From: an uncultured Pyrinomonadaceae bacterium
Lineage (GTDB): Bacteria; Acidobacteriota; Blastocatellia; Pyrinomonadales; Pyrinomonadaceae
DNA: 24,000 bases
Direction of reading: 5' to 3'
Assembly (NCBI GenBank): GCA_964244835.1
Contig: CAXTKJ010000069.1
Span: 1 to 24,000 of the forward strand
Shown: positions 1 through 8,140 of the stretch, one piece after another
Numbering within the stretch: the stretch's first letter is position 1
Layout of the letters: every line of letters starts with the position of its first letter
The notes under the pieces: generated by a model
Told to the model about the DNA's origin: nothing
Seen by the model: only the letters and a program-made list of their open reading frames with translations
The model's database searches: none
Made by a program: the position numbers and the translations under genes

Positions 1-35
1 GGACGGAAATGGCTTGACAACTCAACACAGTATCT

Positions 36-115
36 GACGTGGGGCGAAACCGCCACGCGCAAGTTTATATGAAAGAAGAAACTAAACAAGAAAGTCCGTG
101 TTTCGCCCTCACGTC
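36..115. repeat. Imperfect inverted repeat upstream of the RelA/SpoT-domain gene, function unknown
   Basis: gacgtggggcgaaac (36-50) is complementary to gtttcgccctcacgtc (100-115) with one bulged base. The loop is about 49 nt. It could be a leader structure or the terminator of a gene lying outside the window. Confidence 0.35.
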
Positions 116-206
116 CATTGAATTGTTATATTGCCCTTTAACTACAAATCTAACCGTAATAAATAATGCACTTGACGCAATAAGTCAACTCAATCACTAT
201 ATTATT

Positions 207-1292
207 ATGGCGAAAAAATGGACGCAACTAAAATTTAGCAGGGGGCAGATTGATAGGGCTGCAAAGATACTTGCTGATAATAATATACCGCCGCTAGAGC
301 GAATAGAAGTTCTTGATGTGGTTAATAATTGGCGTACGTCCCACGCTTATCCATTGCACCTGACCACAAAAAATTTAGACAAAAAAGCAAAAAGATTAAG
401 CAAAGACTCTGTTACGGCACAAAGGCGCAAACGTCTTTCGTCAATTATTGGAAAACTCAAGAGAAATCCAAATATGAAATTGACGCAGATGCAAGACATT
501 GGCGGTTGCCGCGCTATCCTGCCAATAATTGCCGACGTTAAGGAGCTGGTTCGCCGGTATGAAGTAAGCATTGCAAAAAATCCACCGAAGAAAGAAGAAC
601 TCTCAACCAGAACAGAACTTGTTGAAAAATACGATTACATCGCCCGTCCGAAACCTGATGGCTATCGGAGTTTCCATTTTGTTTTTAGGTATCGAACTTC
701 TTCAGAGGAAAAGCAGGCTTACGATGGTTTGAGAATTGAGGTTCAAATTCGTTCCCAACTTCAGCACGCTTGGGCTACTGCGGTTGAAACAATTTCCACT
801 TTTACGGAACAAGCCTTGAAATCCGGTATTGGAGATGAAAAATGGAAAAGGTTTTTTGCTTTGATGAGTAGTCTTATTGCTATCAGAGAAGGCTGTCCGA
901 CCGTGCCAAACACGCCAACTAAAAGAAGCGAAATTGTTCCTGAAGTGAGAAGGTTATTTCAGAAACTTCAGGTTGAAGCAATTTTAAGCGGCATTAGTGC
1001 AGCCGTGCAGATTGCTCAAGGTCAAATGAAGGATTCAGAAGCGTATTTGCTTGTGCTTGATTCAGCTAAAAAGACTCTCGAGGTCAAAGGTTATAGTGGA
1101 AGTGAACTTCTTGATGCCGCAGAAGAATACGCCAGAGTTGAAGAACAATTCGTCAATGACCCAACAGTTCAAGCCGTGCTTGTTTCTGTTGACTCAATTA
1201 CATCTCTGCAAAGTGCATATCCTAATTATTACCTTGACACAAAACAATTTTTGGAAGTCGTTCGTGCCGCAATTTCAGACTCCACCAATTAA
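207..1292 (+). CDS. Stand-alone RelA/SpoT (RSH) nucleotidyltransferase-domain protein, small alarmone synthetase / toxSAS-like, with an uncharacterised C-terminal domain
   Basis: Lies in ORF 39..1292. It carries the synthetase-domain motifs DIGGCRAIL, PDGYRSFHFVF and EVQIRSQLQHAWA. I prefer the ATG at 207 (MAKKWTQLKFSRGQ...) because the 56 codons upstream start at GTG and look non-homologous. After the catalytic core, about 150 aa have no motif I recognise and end in ...SLQSAYPNYYLDTKQF. Confidence 0.85.
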   Translation: MAKKWTQLKFSRGQIDRAAKILADNNIPPLERIEVLDVVNNWRTSHAYPLHLTTKNLDKKAKRLSKDSVTAQRRKRLSSIIGKLKRNPNMKLTQMQDIGGCRAILPIIADVKELVRRYEVSIAKNPPKKEELSTRTELVEKYDYIARPKPDGYRSFHFVFRYRTSSEEKQAYDGLRIEVQIRSQLQHAWATAVETISTFTEQALKSGIGDEKWKRFFALMSSLIAIREGCPTVPNTPTKRSEIVPEVRRLFQKLQVEAILSGISAAVQIAQGQMKDSEAYLLVLDSAKKTLEVKGYSGSELLDAAEEYARVEEQFVNDPTVQAVLVSVDSITSLQSAYPNYYLDTKQFLEVVRAAISDSTN

Positions 1293-1320
1293 CGCGAAGC
1301 AATATAACTACTGATTGACC

Positions 1321-1440
1321 GGAATGATTCCGCATAAGCATCGTTTTTGGCTGCTTATGCGGAACCATTCCGCATAAGTAACGGATTTCGTCTATTATGA
1401 AGAACCGTTCCGCATAAGTATCTTAATATGCGGAATCATT
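1321..1440. repeat. MITE/REP-like cluster of GGAA-N3-TTCCGCATAAG motifs bounded by perfect 14-bp terminal inverted repeats
   Basis: TTCCGCATAAG occurs at 1328-1338, 1368-1378 and 1408-1418. Its reverse complement is at 1354-1364, and a 9/11 copy is at 1425-1435. aatgattccgcata (1323-1336) is the exact reverse complement of tatgcggaatcatt (1427-1440). Positions 1321-1340 and 1352-1371 form a ~20-bp stem with one mismatch. Confidence 0.6.
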
Positions 1441-1529
1441 ATACAAGAGTTTTCGACTATTGCAACAAAAGTTTGATTTGCATCACAGAGTAATGAAACT
1501 GTTGTTAATCAATAACTTCGGCGGTTCGG

Positions 1530-1798
1530 TTATAAATTCGGTTTTGTCCGCGAAACCCAGAGCGGCGCGTCGTCGGTTTTTTGTCTGAGAATTAGATTTA
1601 GCTGTGCGGTGTGATGCTGGACGTGGCGCAGATTGTCTAATCGAGCCAGAAAAGCGCGTGCGAAACCATATACCAATACGACGAAAAATCGCGCGTGCCG
1701 TCGTCCCAAACTTCGTCGGGACACGCCGTAATCGAATTTTCGAGCATATCAATCGCCGCACCGAACTGACTCCAAGCTGCCTTTTTCCAAGTTTCCAT
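1530..1798 (-). pseudogene. DinB-family (DinB_2-like) gene remnant, with frameshift and probable internal deletion
   Basis: From the ATG at 1798 the frame reads METWKKAAWSQFGAAIDMLENSITACPDEVWDDG...YWYMVSHALFWLD and hits TAG at 1637-1639. A different frame (ORF 1530..1724) then reads ...LDNLRHVQHHTAQLNLILRQKTDDAPLWV, a typical DinB C-terminal HxxHHxxQL helix. The two parts total only about 90 aa, against about 150 aa for intact family members. Confidence 0.55.
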
Positions 1799-1837
1799 CA
1801 AGCTATTTTATTTCAACTCAGACCAATTCTGAAATTG

Positions 1838-2307
1838 CTAAACTACTGTTTTTCTATCAATTCGCGCCACAAAACAACCGGCTTCGGCATTGCGGATATT
1901 GATGTAATTGACATCGGGCAAAGCAAAAATTTCAGCAATTTGATTCTCGGTTTCTTGCTTGTTTATCGCTTCCCTTTTGACGAGGCTGCTTTCTGCGCCG
2001 TAACCTTCAAAAAGCAGCGGCAGATCAATTAAATCGGGCGGAAAAGTGTTTTCGTCAAAAGGCTCACATTCGTTTTTATGAATGTAAACCGGCGACGGCA
2101 GCGGCAGATTCGAGAGATTTTCAAACGCATTATAAGTGAATAAAACTCTCTCTTCCGCACCTTGATTAAAAGTTTCAAACACACGCGGCACGGTCCGTAA
2201 CCTTTCGCAACATCGGCAAACGCCGGATGTCCGTATTGCGGCGACTTCATATTCTCACGCACACTTTTGGCAATTCCCGACTGAATCGGAACAACTTTAT
2301 AATTCAT
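1838..2307 (-). pseudogene. DUF1203-family protein split by a 1-nt frameshift
   Basis: The N-terminal part, MNYKVVPIQSGIAKSVRENMKSPQYGHPAFADVAKGYGPCRVCLK, starts at the ATG at 2307 in the frame of ORF 2029..2418. The C-terminal part, ...TFNQGAEERVLFTYNAF...NAEAGCFVARIDRK, is in the frame of ORF 1838..2191. The frames join at about 2180-2185 at the run tgtttgaaactttt, and one extra A would restore a protein of about 155 aa. This could be a real pseudogene or a homopolymer sequencing error. Confidence 0.6.
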
Positions 2308-2324
2308 ATATTTTCCTATTTTGA

Positions 2325-3356
2325 TTATTGTTTTTCTTTTTCTAAAAGCTGTTTTTTGCGCTCGATTCCCCAACGATAGCCGCTGAGTTCGCCATTGCTG
2401 CGGACGACGCGGTGGCACGGAATGACGAGCGCGACACGGTTTGAAGCGCAGGCGGTTGCAACGGCGCGGACGGCGTTTTTGCTGCCGAGAGTTTCGGCTA
2501 CCCGGCTGTATGAAACAGTTTCGCCGTAAGGAATTTTGCGTAAAATATCCCAGACGCGCATCTGAAACGCCGTCGCCTGCAAATCTGTCGGCAAGTCTAA
2601 AGTTTTATTTGAGCCTTTTAGATTACCCAAAATCGCTTCGACATAATCCTTTAAATTTGTGTTATTTTCTGCGATTGCCGCGTTTTTGTATTCAGCAAAA
2701 AGATTCTCTGTCAAAGTTTCCGCATCGTCGCCGAAGGTGACGGCGCAGACACCTTTTTCGGTTCGTGCGACGAGCAATTTGCCTAAATCGCAATCGGTAA
2801 TCGTATAATTTATCTGCATATTTTTGCCGCCTTTCGCGTAAGTTTTCGGTGTCATTCCGAGTTTTTCGGAGACGTTTTCGTAAAGACGGCTCGATGAATT
2901 AAATCCGGCTTCATACATTGAATCGGTTACGCCATTGCCATTTTTTAATTCGGTCTTGAACTTTTCCAGACGCTTTGCCTCAGCGTATTTCTTTGGCGAA
3001 ACGCCGATGATTTGCTTGAACATTTTTTGCAAATGCGCCGCGCTCAAGTTTAATTCCGCGCTTAAATCTTCGAGCGAAATCTGCTCCGAATGTTCGATAA
3101 TTTCACAGGCGCGAAGCACGATTTCAGTTTGCGGATTGGCGTTTTCGTTTTCCGGCTGACAGCGCAAACAAGACCTGAAACCTTCGGCTTCCGCCAAATT
3201 CGTCGAAGCAAAAAACCGCACGTTTTCGCGTTTCGGCAGTTTTGACGAACACGACGGCTTGCAGTAAATTTTGGTCGAACTTACGCCGTAGAAAAACGCG
3301 CCGTTAAATCTCGCGTCGTTGTTCCGCACCGCTTGCCAGTAAATTTCCGTTTCCAT
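2325..3356 (-). CDS. ada: Bifunctional Ada regulator: Ada Zn-binding methylphosphotriester domain, AraC-type HTH and O6-alkylguanine-DNA methyltransferase
   Basis: The N-terminus has the Cys cluster CKPSCSS...CLRC. An AraC-like HTH lies in the middle (SAAHLQKMFKQIIGVSPKKY). The C-terminus has the MGMT active site IPCHRVV. Confidence 0.9.
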   Translation of the reverse strand: METEIYWQAVRNNDARFNGAFFYGVSSTKIYCKPSCSSKLPKRENVRFFASTNLAEAEGFRSCLRCQPENENANPQTEIVLRACEIIEHSEQISLEDLSAELNLSAAHLQKMFKQIIGVSPKKYAEAKRLEKFKTELKNGNGVTDSMYEAGFNSSSRLYENVSEKLGMTPKTYAKGGKNMQINYTITDCDLGKLLVARTEKGVCAVTFGDDAETLTENLFAEYKNAAIAENNTNLKDYVEAILGNLKGSNKTLDLPTDLQATAFQMRVWDILRKIPYGETVSYSRVAETLGSKNAVRAVATACASNRVALVIPCHRVVRSNGELSGYRWGIERKKQLLEKEKQ

Positions 3357-3397
3357 AGTTTATGAGTTTATTTGATGCGGCAGTCGAAATCTATCCG

Positions 3398-3416
3398 AAA
3401 ATTGTTCCGCAATTTT
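3398..3416. promoter_or_regulatory. Candidate operator in the divergent ada / pgi promoter region
   Basis: A 7-bp inverted repeat, aaaattg-ttccg-caatttt, sits in the 92-bp gap between the ada start (3356) and the preferred pgi start (3449). No recognisable E. coli-type Ada box was seen. Confidence 0.2.
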
Positions 3417-3448
3417 TTATTTCCGGCGGCGTTTGCTACATTAGCTTT

Positions 3449-5131
3449 ATGCTAAATCAATTAACTTATACGCTGCCCGAAGATTTGGAAAACGCCGTCG
3501 AAAAACAATTTAACGAATGGAAAACCGAAGACACAATCGCCCGAATCTGGAAAAAAGATGCGAGCGTTTGGACGAACGACGACGAAGCGAAATGGCTCGG
3601 TTGGCTCGATTCGGTTGATGTGGAACTATCAAAAATCGCCGATTACAAAGCGTTTGCCGAAGACGCAAAATCATTTGAATCAATCGTTCTGCTCGGAATG
3701 GGCGGCTCGTCGCTCTGCCCCGAAGTTCTTTCGATAACTTACGGCAAGCAACAATTTCACATTCTCGATTCGACCGTTCCGGCGCAGATAAAAACGCTCG
3801 AAGGTAAAATTGATCTGGCGAAAACTTTATTTATCGTCGCTTCAAAATCCGGCTCGACGCTTGAACCGAATACTTTCAAACAATACTTTTTCGAGCGCGT
3901 TTCGGAAACCGTCGGCGCAGAAAACGCGGGCAAACAGTTTGTCGCCATCACCGACCCCAATTCTAAAATGCAGAAGGTCGCCGAAACGGACAACTTTCGC
4001 CAAATCTTTTTCGGCGATCCGACAATCGGCGGCAGATTTTCCGCGCTCTCGCCGTTCGGCATCGCGGCGGGCGCGGCGATGGGCGTTGATGTCGAAGATT
4101 TTTTGACTCGCGCCGCCGAAATGGTCGCCGCCTGTAAAATCGAAAATCCAATCGAAAATCCCGGCGCGGTTTTGGGAACGATTCTCGGCGTTTGCCAACG
4201 AAGCGGGCGCGACAAATTAACGATTTTTACTGCCGACGAAATCTACGATGTCGGCGCGTGGCTCGAACAACTGATCGCCGAATCAACCGGCAAAGACGAT
4301 GTGGCGATCATTCCGGTTGACCGCGAACCCGTTCAGGACGCGGAAATTTACGGCGATGACCGCGTTTTCGTCTCTTTGAAATTAAAAGATTCGGCGGACG
4401 AAATAGAAAGCCATTTAGCCGAACTCGAAAAAGCCGGTCATCCAATCATCCGCATTGAACTCGCCGACGTAATGAATCTCGGACAGGAATTTTTCCGCTG
4501 GGAATTCGCCACCGCCGTCGCGGGCGCGATTATGAAGATCAATCCATTCAACCAGCCGGACGTGGAAGCGGCGAAAATCGAAGCCAAGAAACTGACGGAA
4601 GAATACGAAGAAAAAGGCAAATTGCCCGACGAAACGCCGTTTTACGAAGCCGCCGGCATCAAACTTTTCACGGGCGACGAATACGCCGAAGAATTGAGCA
4701 GCGGAGTCGAAGAAAAATCAATCGCCGCGTTTCTCGAAGCGCATTTGCTGAATTTGCAGGAAAACGATTATTTCGCCTTACTCGCCTACGTCGAAATGAA
4801 CGCGGAGACTCAGGCATTAGTCCAATCAATCCGTGAAAAAGTTTTGGAAAACGAACACGCTGCCACCTGTTTGGGATTCGGACCGCGCTTTCTACATTCG
4901 ACCGGGCAAGCCTACAAAGGCGGCGGCAACAACGGCGTTTTTCTGCAAATTACTTCGGACGACGCGGAAGATTTGCAGGTTCCCAATCAAAAATATACGT
5001 TCGGAATCGTCAAAGCGGCGCAGGCGCGCGGTGATTTTCAGGTTTTGCTGGATAGAAAACGCCGCGCTTTGCGGGTTCATTTGGGTAAAGACGTGAATGG
5101 CGGTTTGGAAAAAATACTGTCGTTGATTTGA
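3449..5131 (+). CDS. pgi: Glucose-6-phosphate isomerase
   Basis: Carries the PGI signatures SKSGSTLEP, DPTIGGRFSALSP and INPFNQPDVEAAK. I prefer the ATG at 3449 (MLNQLTYTLPEDLE) because the ORF-track start at 3362 would leave only 5 bp to the divergent ada start. Confidence 0.9.
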   Translation: MLNQLTYTLPEDLENAVEKQFNEWKTEDTIARIWKKDASVWTNDDEAKWLGWLDSVDVELSKIADYKAFAEDAKSFESIVLLGMGGSSLCPEVLSITYGKQQFHILDSTVPAQIKTLEGKIDLAKTLFIVASKSGSTLEPNTFKQYFFERVSETVGAENAGKQFVAITDPNSKMQKVAETDNFRQIFFGDPTIGGRFSALSPFGIAAGAAMGVDVEDFLTRAAEMVAACKIENPIENPGAVLGTILGVCQRSGRDKLTIFTADEIYDVGAWLEQLIAESTGKDDVAIIPVDREPVQDAEIYGDDRVFVSLKLKDSADEIESHLAELEKAGHPIIRIELADVMNLGQEFFRWEFATAVAGAIMKINPFNQPDVEAAKIEAKKLTEEYEEKGKLPDETPFYEAAGIKLFTGDEYAEELSSGVEEKSIAAFLEAHLLNLQENDYFALLAYVEMNAETQALVQSIREKVLENEHAATCLGFGPRFLHSTGQAYKGGGNNGVFLQITSDDAEDLQVPNQKYTFGIVKAAQARGDFQVLLDRKRRALRVHLGKDVNGGLEKILSLI

Positions 5132-5149
5132 GAAAATTTGCATTAGTTC

Positions 5150-5212
5150 TGAGTCCCGCCTTTAGGCGGCGTTCGTTGAAATCCATATAATGCCGCCTAA
5201 AGGCGGGACTCA
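5150..5212. terminator. Long nested-palindrome hairpin between convergent pgi and GH38 genes, probably a bidirectional terminator or REP-like element
   Basis: tgagtcccgcctttaggcggc (5150-5170) is perfectly complementary to gccgcctaaaggcgggactca (5192-5212), with a 21-nt loop. Each arm is itself self-complementary (ccgcc-ttta-ggcgg). Confidence 0.6.
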
Positions 5213-5254
5213 AAACACACGCCGCAAATTTCGTGAATATCTATCCTTAAAAGT

Positions 5255-7816
5255 TTAATTCCCAATTTTCAAAAGATGCGTTTGAATCTGCTGTTGATTG
5301 ATATTGGCGTTTAATTGCCCGCCGGAAACATTGGCGTTTTCGATAAAAGTTTCGATATGCGTCAGTTTTTCCGCCGACAAAATCGTTCGTCCCAAACCTA
5401 AATTATAATTAAGCGATGAGTTCGATTGATTCCAAACGCGGGCGACGATGCCGCGTGAAATGCCGTCTTCCGCCGGTTTTAAAGTCCACAACAAAACATT
5501 CGGATTCGAGATTTGAACGAACGAATAATTATTCGACGGAAACGGGCGATTTTGCGTTCCCGTTCCTTCAATCAATCCGGCGATGAGCGGATTTTGATGC
5601 GCGAGCGCAAACTTCATCGCATCGGTTTGATTGAAACCAGCGTGAGTTTGCAGAGCAAATTTTTGTCTGAAAAAACTGTCGCCGCCCTGATTCGGAATTC
5701 CTAAATTCGCGCCGTCGGTTTGTCCGCCGCTCAAAACATTTATTTGCGGTGTCGTGGTGTCCAAAGCGTTACTGCCGCTTTCGCCAAGTTTCATAAAATA
5801 TGCGTCGGCATTGGAAACGGTTACGCCGAAATTGTTCGCCGCGCCGTCGCTCAAATCGGCGAAATGATTCATCGTCAGCCAATCGTAACGGGCGTTCTTC
5901 GGCGAATAATGTCCGCCGTTCGATAATAATTTGCCCCGAATGACCGCGCCGACTTCTTCGTGCCAAACGTCGGGCGAATTGATGTCGAACGAAAAACTCC
6001 AGGTTTTGACATCGCCGAAATTCTGCGTGATTTGATTTTCGATTTCGATGCGATTCGAGTTGCGATAAAAAGTTACCCGCGTCGTGTGTTCGAGCGGACT
6101 CGACGAAATTGCGCGAAGCGTTACGCTCGCCGCGCCCGCGTTTTCAATGGTCATTCTGCCAGTTCGATTGCCGCCCAGATCATTTAAAACTCTGCCGTTA
6201 ATAGTCCGCACGGTTTCGCGGTTGTTTCGAGTTTTATCAATTAAACTCACAATCGCGCCGTCGTTTGCCAACGTCAGCCGATAAAATTCGTTTTCAATCG
6301 TATTCCCGTTCACCGTCGCCGCGTTTGAAAAACTCGCGCCCGCGCCGCTGCGGATTTCATAAACCTTATAACCGATTGACGGCACATTTTCCGCCGCGAC
6401 GCGCAGGATTTTTTTATTTCCGAAACGTAAGATTTGCGAAGGCACTTCCGCGCCGGTTGAAACGTCAACGACGCGAACCCGGCGCATTTGGCGAAACGGC
6501 AAATCAGCGTAATCGGTGCGCGTCCAACTCAGCGGATTAAAGACGAAAAATCTTTGCTCGCCGCTGTCGCGGGAGATTTGTTTCCCAAGTTCGATTCGCG
6601 CGTCGTCGTGCAGTTTATCAACATAAGATGTGATTTCACCTTCGACTTTGCGGCTCCAATTCGCTCTTGCGTTACGCGAAATCGCACCGTCCGCCGTCCA
6701 GGTATGCTCGAAATAAAGTCCGAAATTGAGCATTGCGCGGTCGCGGTCGGCAATACGCGAATTCATAAAAGCCGGATTGTTTAATGAAACCAAAGTCGCC
6801 ATCGAATCCGCACTTCGCAGTTTTTCGTTGGCGCGTTTGACCCGCGCCGAAACTTCCGCCAGAGACGCGACGAGCGTGTCCCATTCGTTACCGTAAGCGG
6901 CGGCGTGAGTTTCCAATCCGCCGCCGTAATTGGCTTCAAAATCGCGGAAAAAATCTTCTTCGTTCGAGACGATAATGCGCCGGTTGGCATTGGAATTTTG
7001 ATTGGCAATCGTAACGAATTCGTCGCTCGTGTACTGTAGATCGTCCCAACCGCGCCCGAACGCGCCGATGATCGGATACGGATATTTCGCCTGAAACGTC
7101 GAATTGTTCTCGGCGAAAGTTATCGAACTAATCGGATTAAACGCTTCGGCATAACCGCCGTAACCCTGATTGGAGTCGAACAGCGAATGCCATTTCATCA
7201 AAACCCGACTGCCGTCACGTCCGCCGCAGTAATAAATTTCGCGGTCGCGGCTTTGCAGATTATTGACGTTCGACGCGCAGCCGCACACGCCTTTCCAACT
7301 GTATTTTGCGCCTGCACCCGCCCAAAGTGATGGCAAACCGTATGGAAAAGTTTGATTTTCCATCGCAATCGCCATCGGAAAACGCACGTTGTAGCGGCGT
7401 TCAATCAAACCCGGATAATACATTCCGCGCAGAACCGCTTCGGCGGGCGCACCGCCATTGACCAAAACCAAAGGGTTTAACGGAACACTCAGATGCCCGT
7501 CTCGAATGCGATTGATAAATCTATCAAACTGCGCGGCACTGCGATTCTTTTCAAACTCCCACATCCAAAGACTGCCGTCGCAGTTCCAGCGCATCTGCCG
7601 GTCGGACGGATTTCCCTGCGTCGCGTCCATTTTGTTCAGATAATAATCGAGCATCGTCAGAAACGACTGGCGGTAAGTCGCATCGTCCGCCGTCCAAAAA
7701 TAATCGGTATGATCGTCCGGCGCAATATAAAACCGCTTTTGCGCCGCAACCGTCTGCACGGAAACGACGAGCAGGGCGAGAATAACGATTCTCGAAAATA
7801 CATCCGACATTTTCAT
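5255..7816 (-). CDS. Secreted glycoside hydrolase family 38-like protein (alpha-mannosidase family)
   Basis: An 853-aa ORF with an N-terminal signal peptide (ILALLVVSVQTVAAQ). It has the FYIAPDDHTDYFW metal-site-like motif near the N-terminus and the overall size of GH38-type enzymes. Family assignment is by recollection of similar annotations and was not searched. Confidence 0.65.
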   Translation of the reverse strand: MKMSDVFSRIVILALLVVSVQTVAAQKRFYIAPDDHTDYFWTADDATYRQSFLTMLDYYLNKMDATQGNPSDRQMRWNCDGSLWMWEFEKNRSAAQFDRFINRIRDGHLSVPLNPLVLVNGGAPAEAVLRGMYYPGLIERRYNVRFPMAIAMENQTFPYGLPSLWAGAGAKYSWKGVCGCASNVNNLQSRDREIYYCGGRDGSRVLMKWHSLFDSNQGYGGYAEAFNPISSITFAENNSTFQAKYPYPIIGAFGRGWDDLQYTSDEFVTIANQNSNANRRIIVSNEEDFFRDFEANYGGGLETHAAAYGNEWDTLVASLAEVSARVKRANEKLRSADSMATLVSLNNPAFMNSRIADRDRAMLNFGLYFEHTWTADGAISRNARANWSRKVEGEITSYVDKLHDDARIELGKQISRDSGEQRFFVFNPLSWTRTDYADLPFRQMRRVRVVDVSTGAEVPSQILRFGNKKILRVAAENVPSIGYKVYEIRSGAGASFSNAATVNGNTIENEFYRLTLANDGAIVSLIDKTRNNRETVRTINGRVLNDLGGNRTGRMTIENAGAASVTLRAISSSPLEHTTRVTFYRNSNRIEIENQITQNFGDVKTWSFSFDINSPDVWHEEVGAVIRGKLLSNGGHYSPKNARYDWLTMNHFADLSDGAANNFGVTVSNADAYFMKLGESGSNALDTTTPQINVLSGGQTDGANLGIPNQGGDSFFRQKFALQTHAGFNQTDAMKFALAHQNPLIAGLIEGTGTQNRPFPSNNYSFVQISNPNVLLWTLKPAEDGISRGIVARVWNQSNSSLNYNLGLGRTILSAEKLTHIETFIENANVSGGQLNANINQQQIQTHLLKIGN

Positions 7817-7852
7817 AAAGTATTCGCTTGAAATTTATTATAACTATAAAGT

Positions 7853-7881
7853 AAAAAAGCGAATGTTTTTCCAACATTCGC
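7853..7881 (-). terminator. Rho-independent terminator ending the radical SAM operon
   Basis: On the minus strand, gcgaatgtt-ggaaa-aacattcgc is followed by a six-T run (complement of aaaaaa at 7853-7858). It lies 26 nt after the stop of the 67-aa ORF. Confidence 0.75.
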
Positions 7882-7906
7882 TCTCCTCTAATAAATTTAA
7901 CGCCGT

Positions 7907-8110
7907 CTATTTCGCGTCGTTTTCGTCCTTGCCGTCGTCGTGAATCAGATTGCCGCTTTCATCAATCGCGTCCTTATCTGCGTGTTCCTGCGGCGTTTTC
8001 CTTCCCGGCTGCGGCGCGTGTTCGGGATGTTCTCCCGTTAATTCCAACTCCGAAACCTTTTCCTCGTCCATCACCTTTTTGTCGTGGGCGATGTTTCTTT
8101 CATCCGGCAT
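7907..8110 (-). CDS. Small, highly acidic, probably disordered protein (67 aa), last gene of the radical SAM operon
   Basis: It has an ATG start preceded by taagggagaaaataaaatt (an SD-like GGGAG). It sits 30 nt downstream of the 303-aa radical SAM gene and is followed by the terminator. The sequence is rich in D/E/K/H, with no Cys, Trp, Tyr or Phe. No homology was recognised. Confidence 0.55.
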   Translation of the reverse strand: MPDERNIAHDKKVMDEEKVSELELTGEHPEHAPQPGRKTPQEHADKDAIDESGNLIHDDGKDENDAK

Positions 8111-8140
8111 AATTTTATTTTCTCCCTTATTCGTCTGTAT

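Noticed and set aside
39-206. N-terminal extensions offered by the ORF track (39..206 for RelA/SpoT, 3362..3448 for pgi, 15538..15657 for S9, 11854..11877, and 23072..23158 for the four-helix-bundle gene)
   Set aside because: In each case the internal ATG gives a canonical family N-terminus or a signal peptide. The extensions start at non-ATG codons, overlap divergent promoters or read through repeat arms.
1604-2032. A + strand 142-aa ORF spanning the DinB and DUF1203 region
   Set aside because: It shows no motifs and overlaps recognisable, though disrupted, minus-strand homologues. Its composition looks like an antisense shadow.
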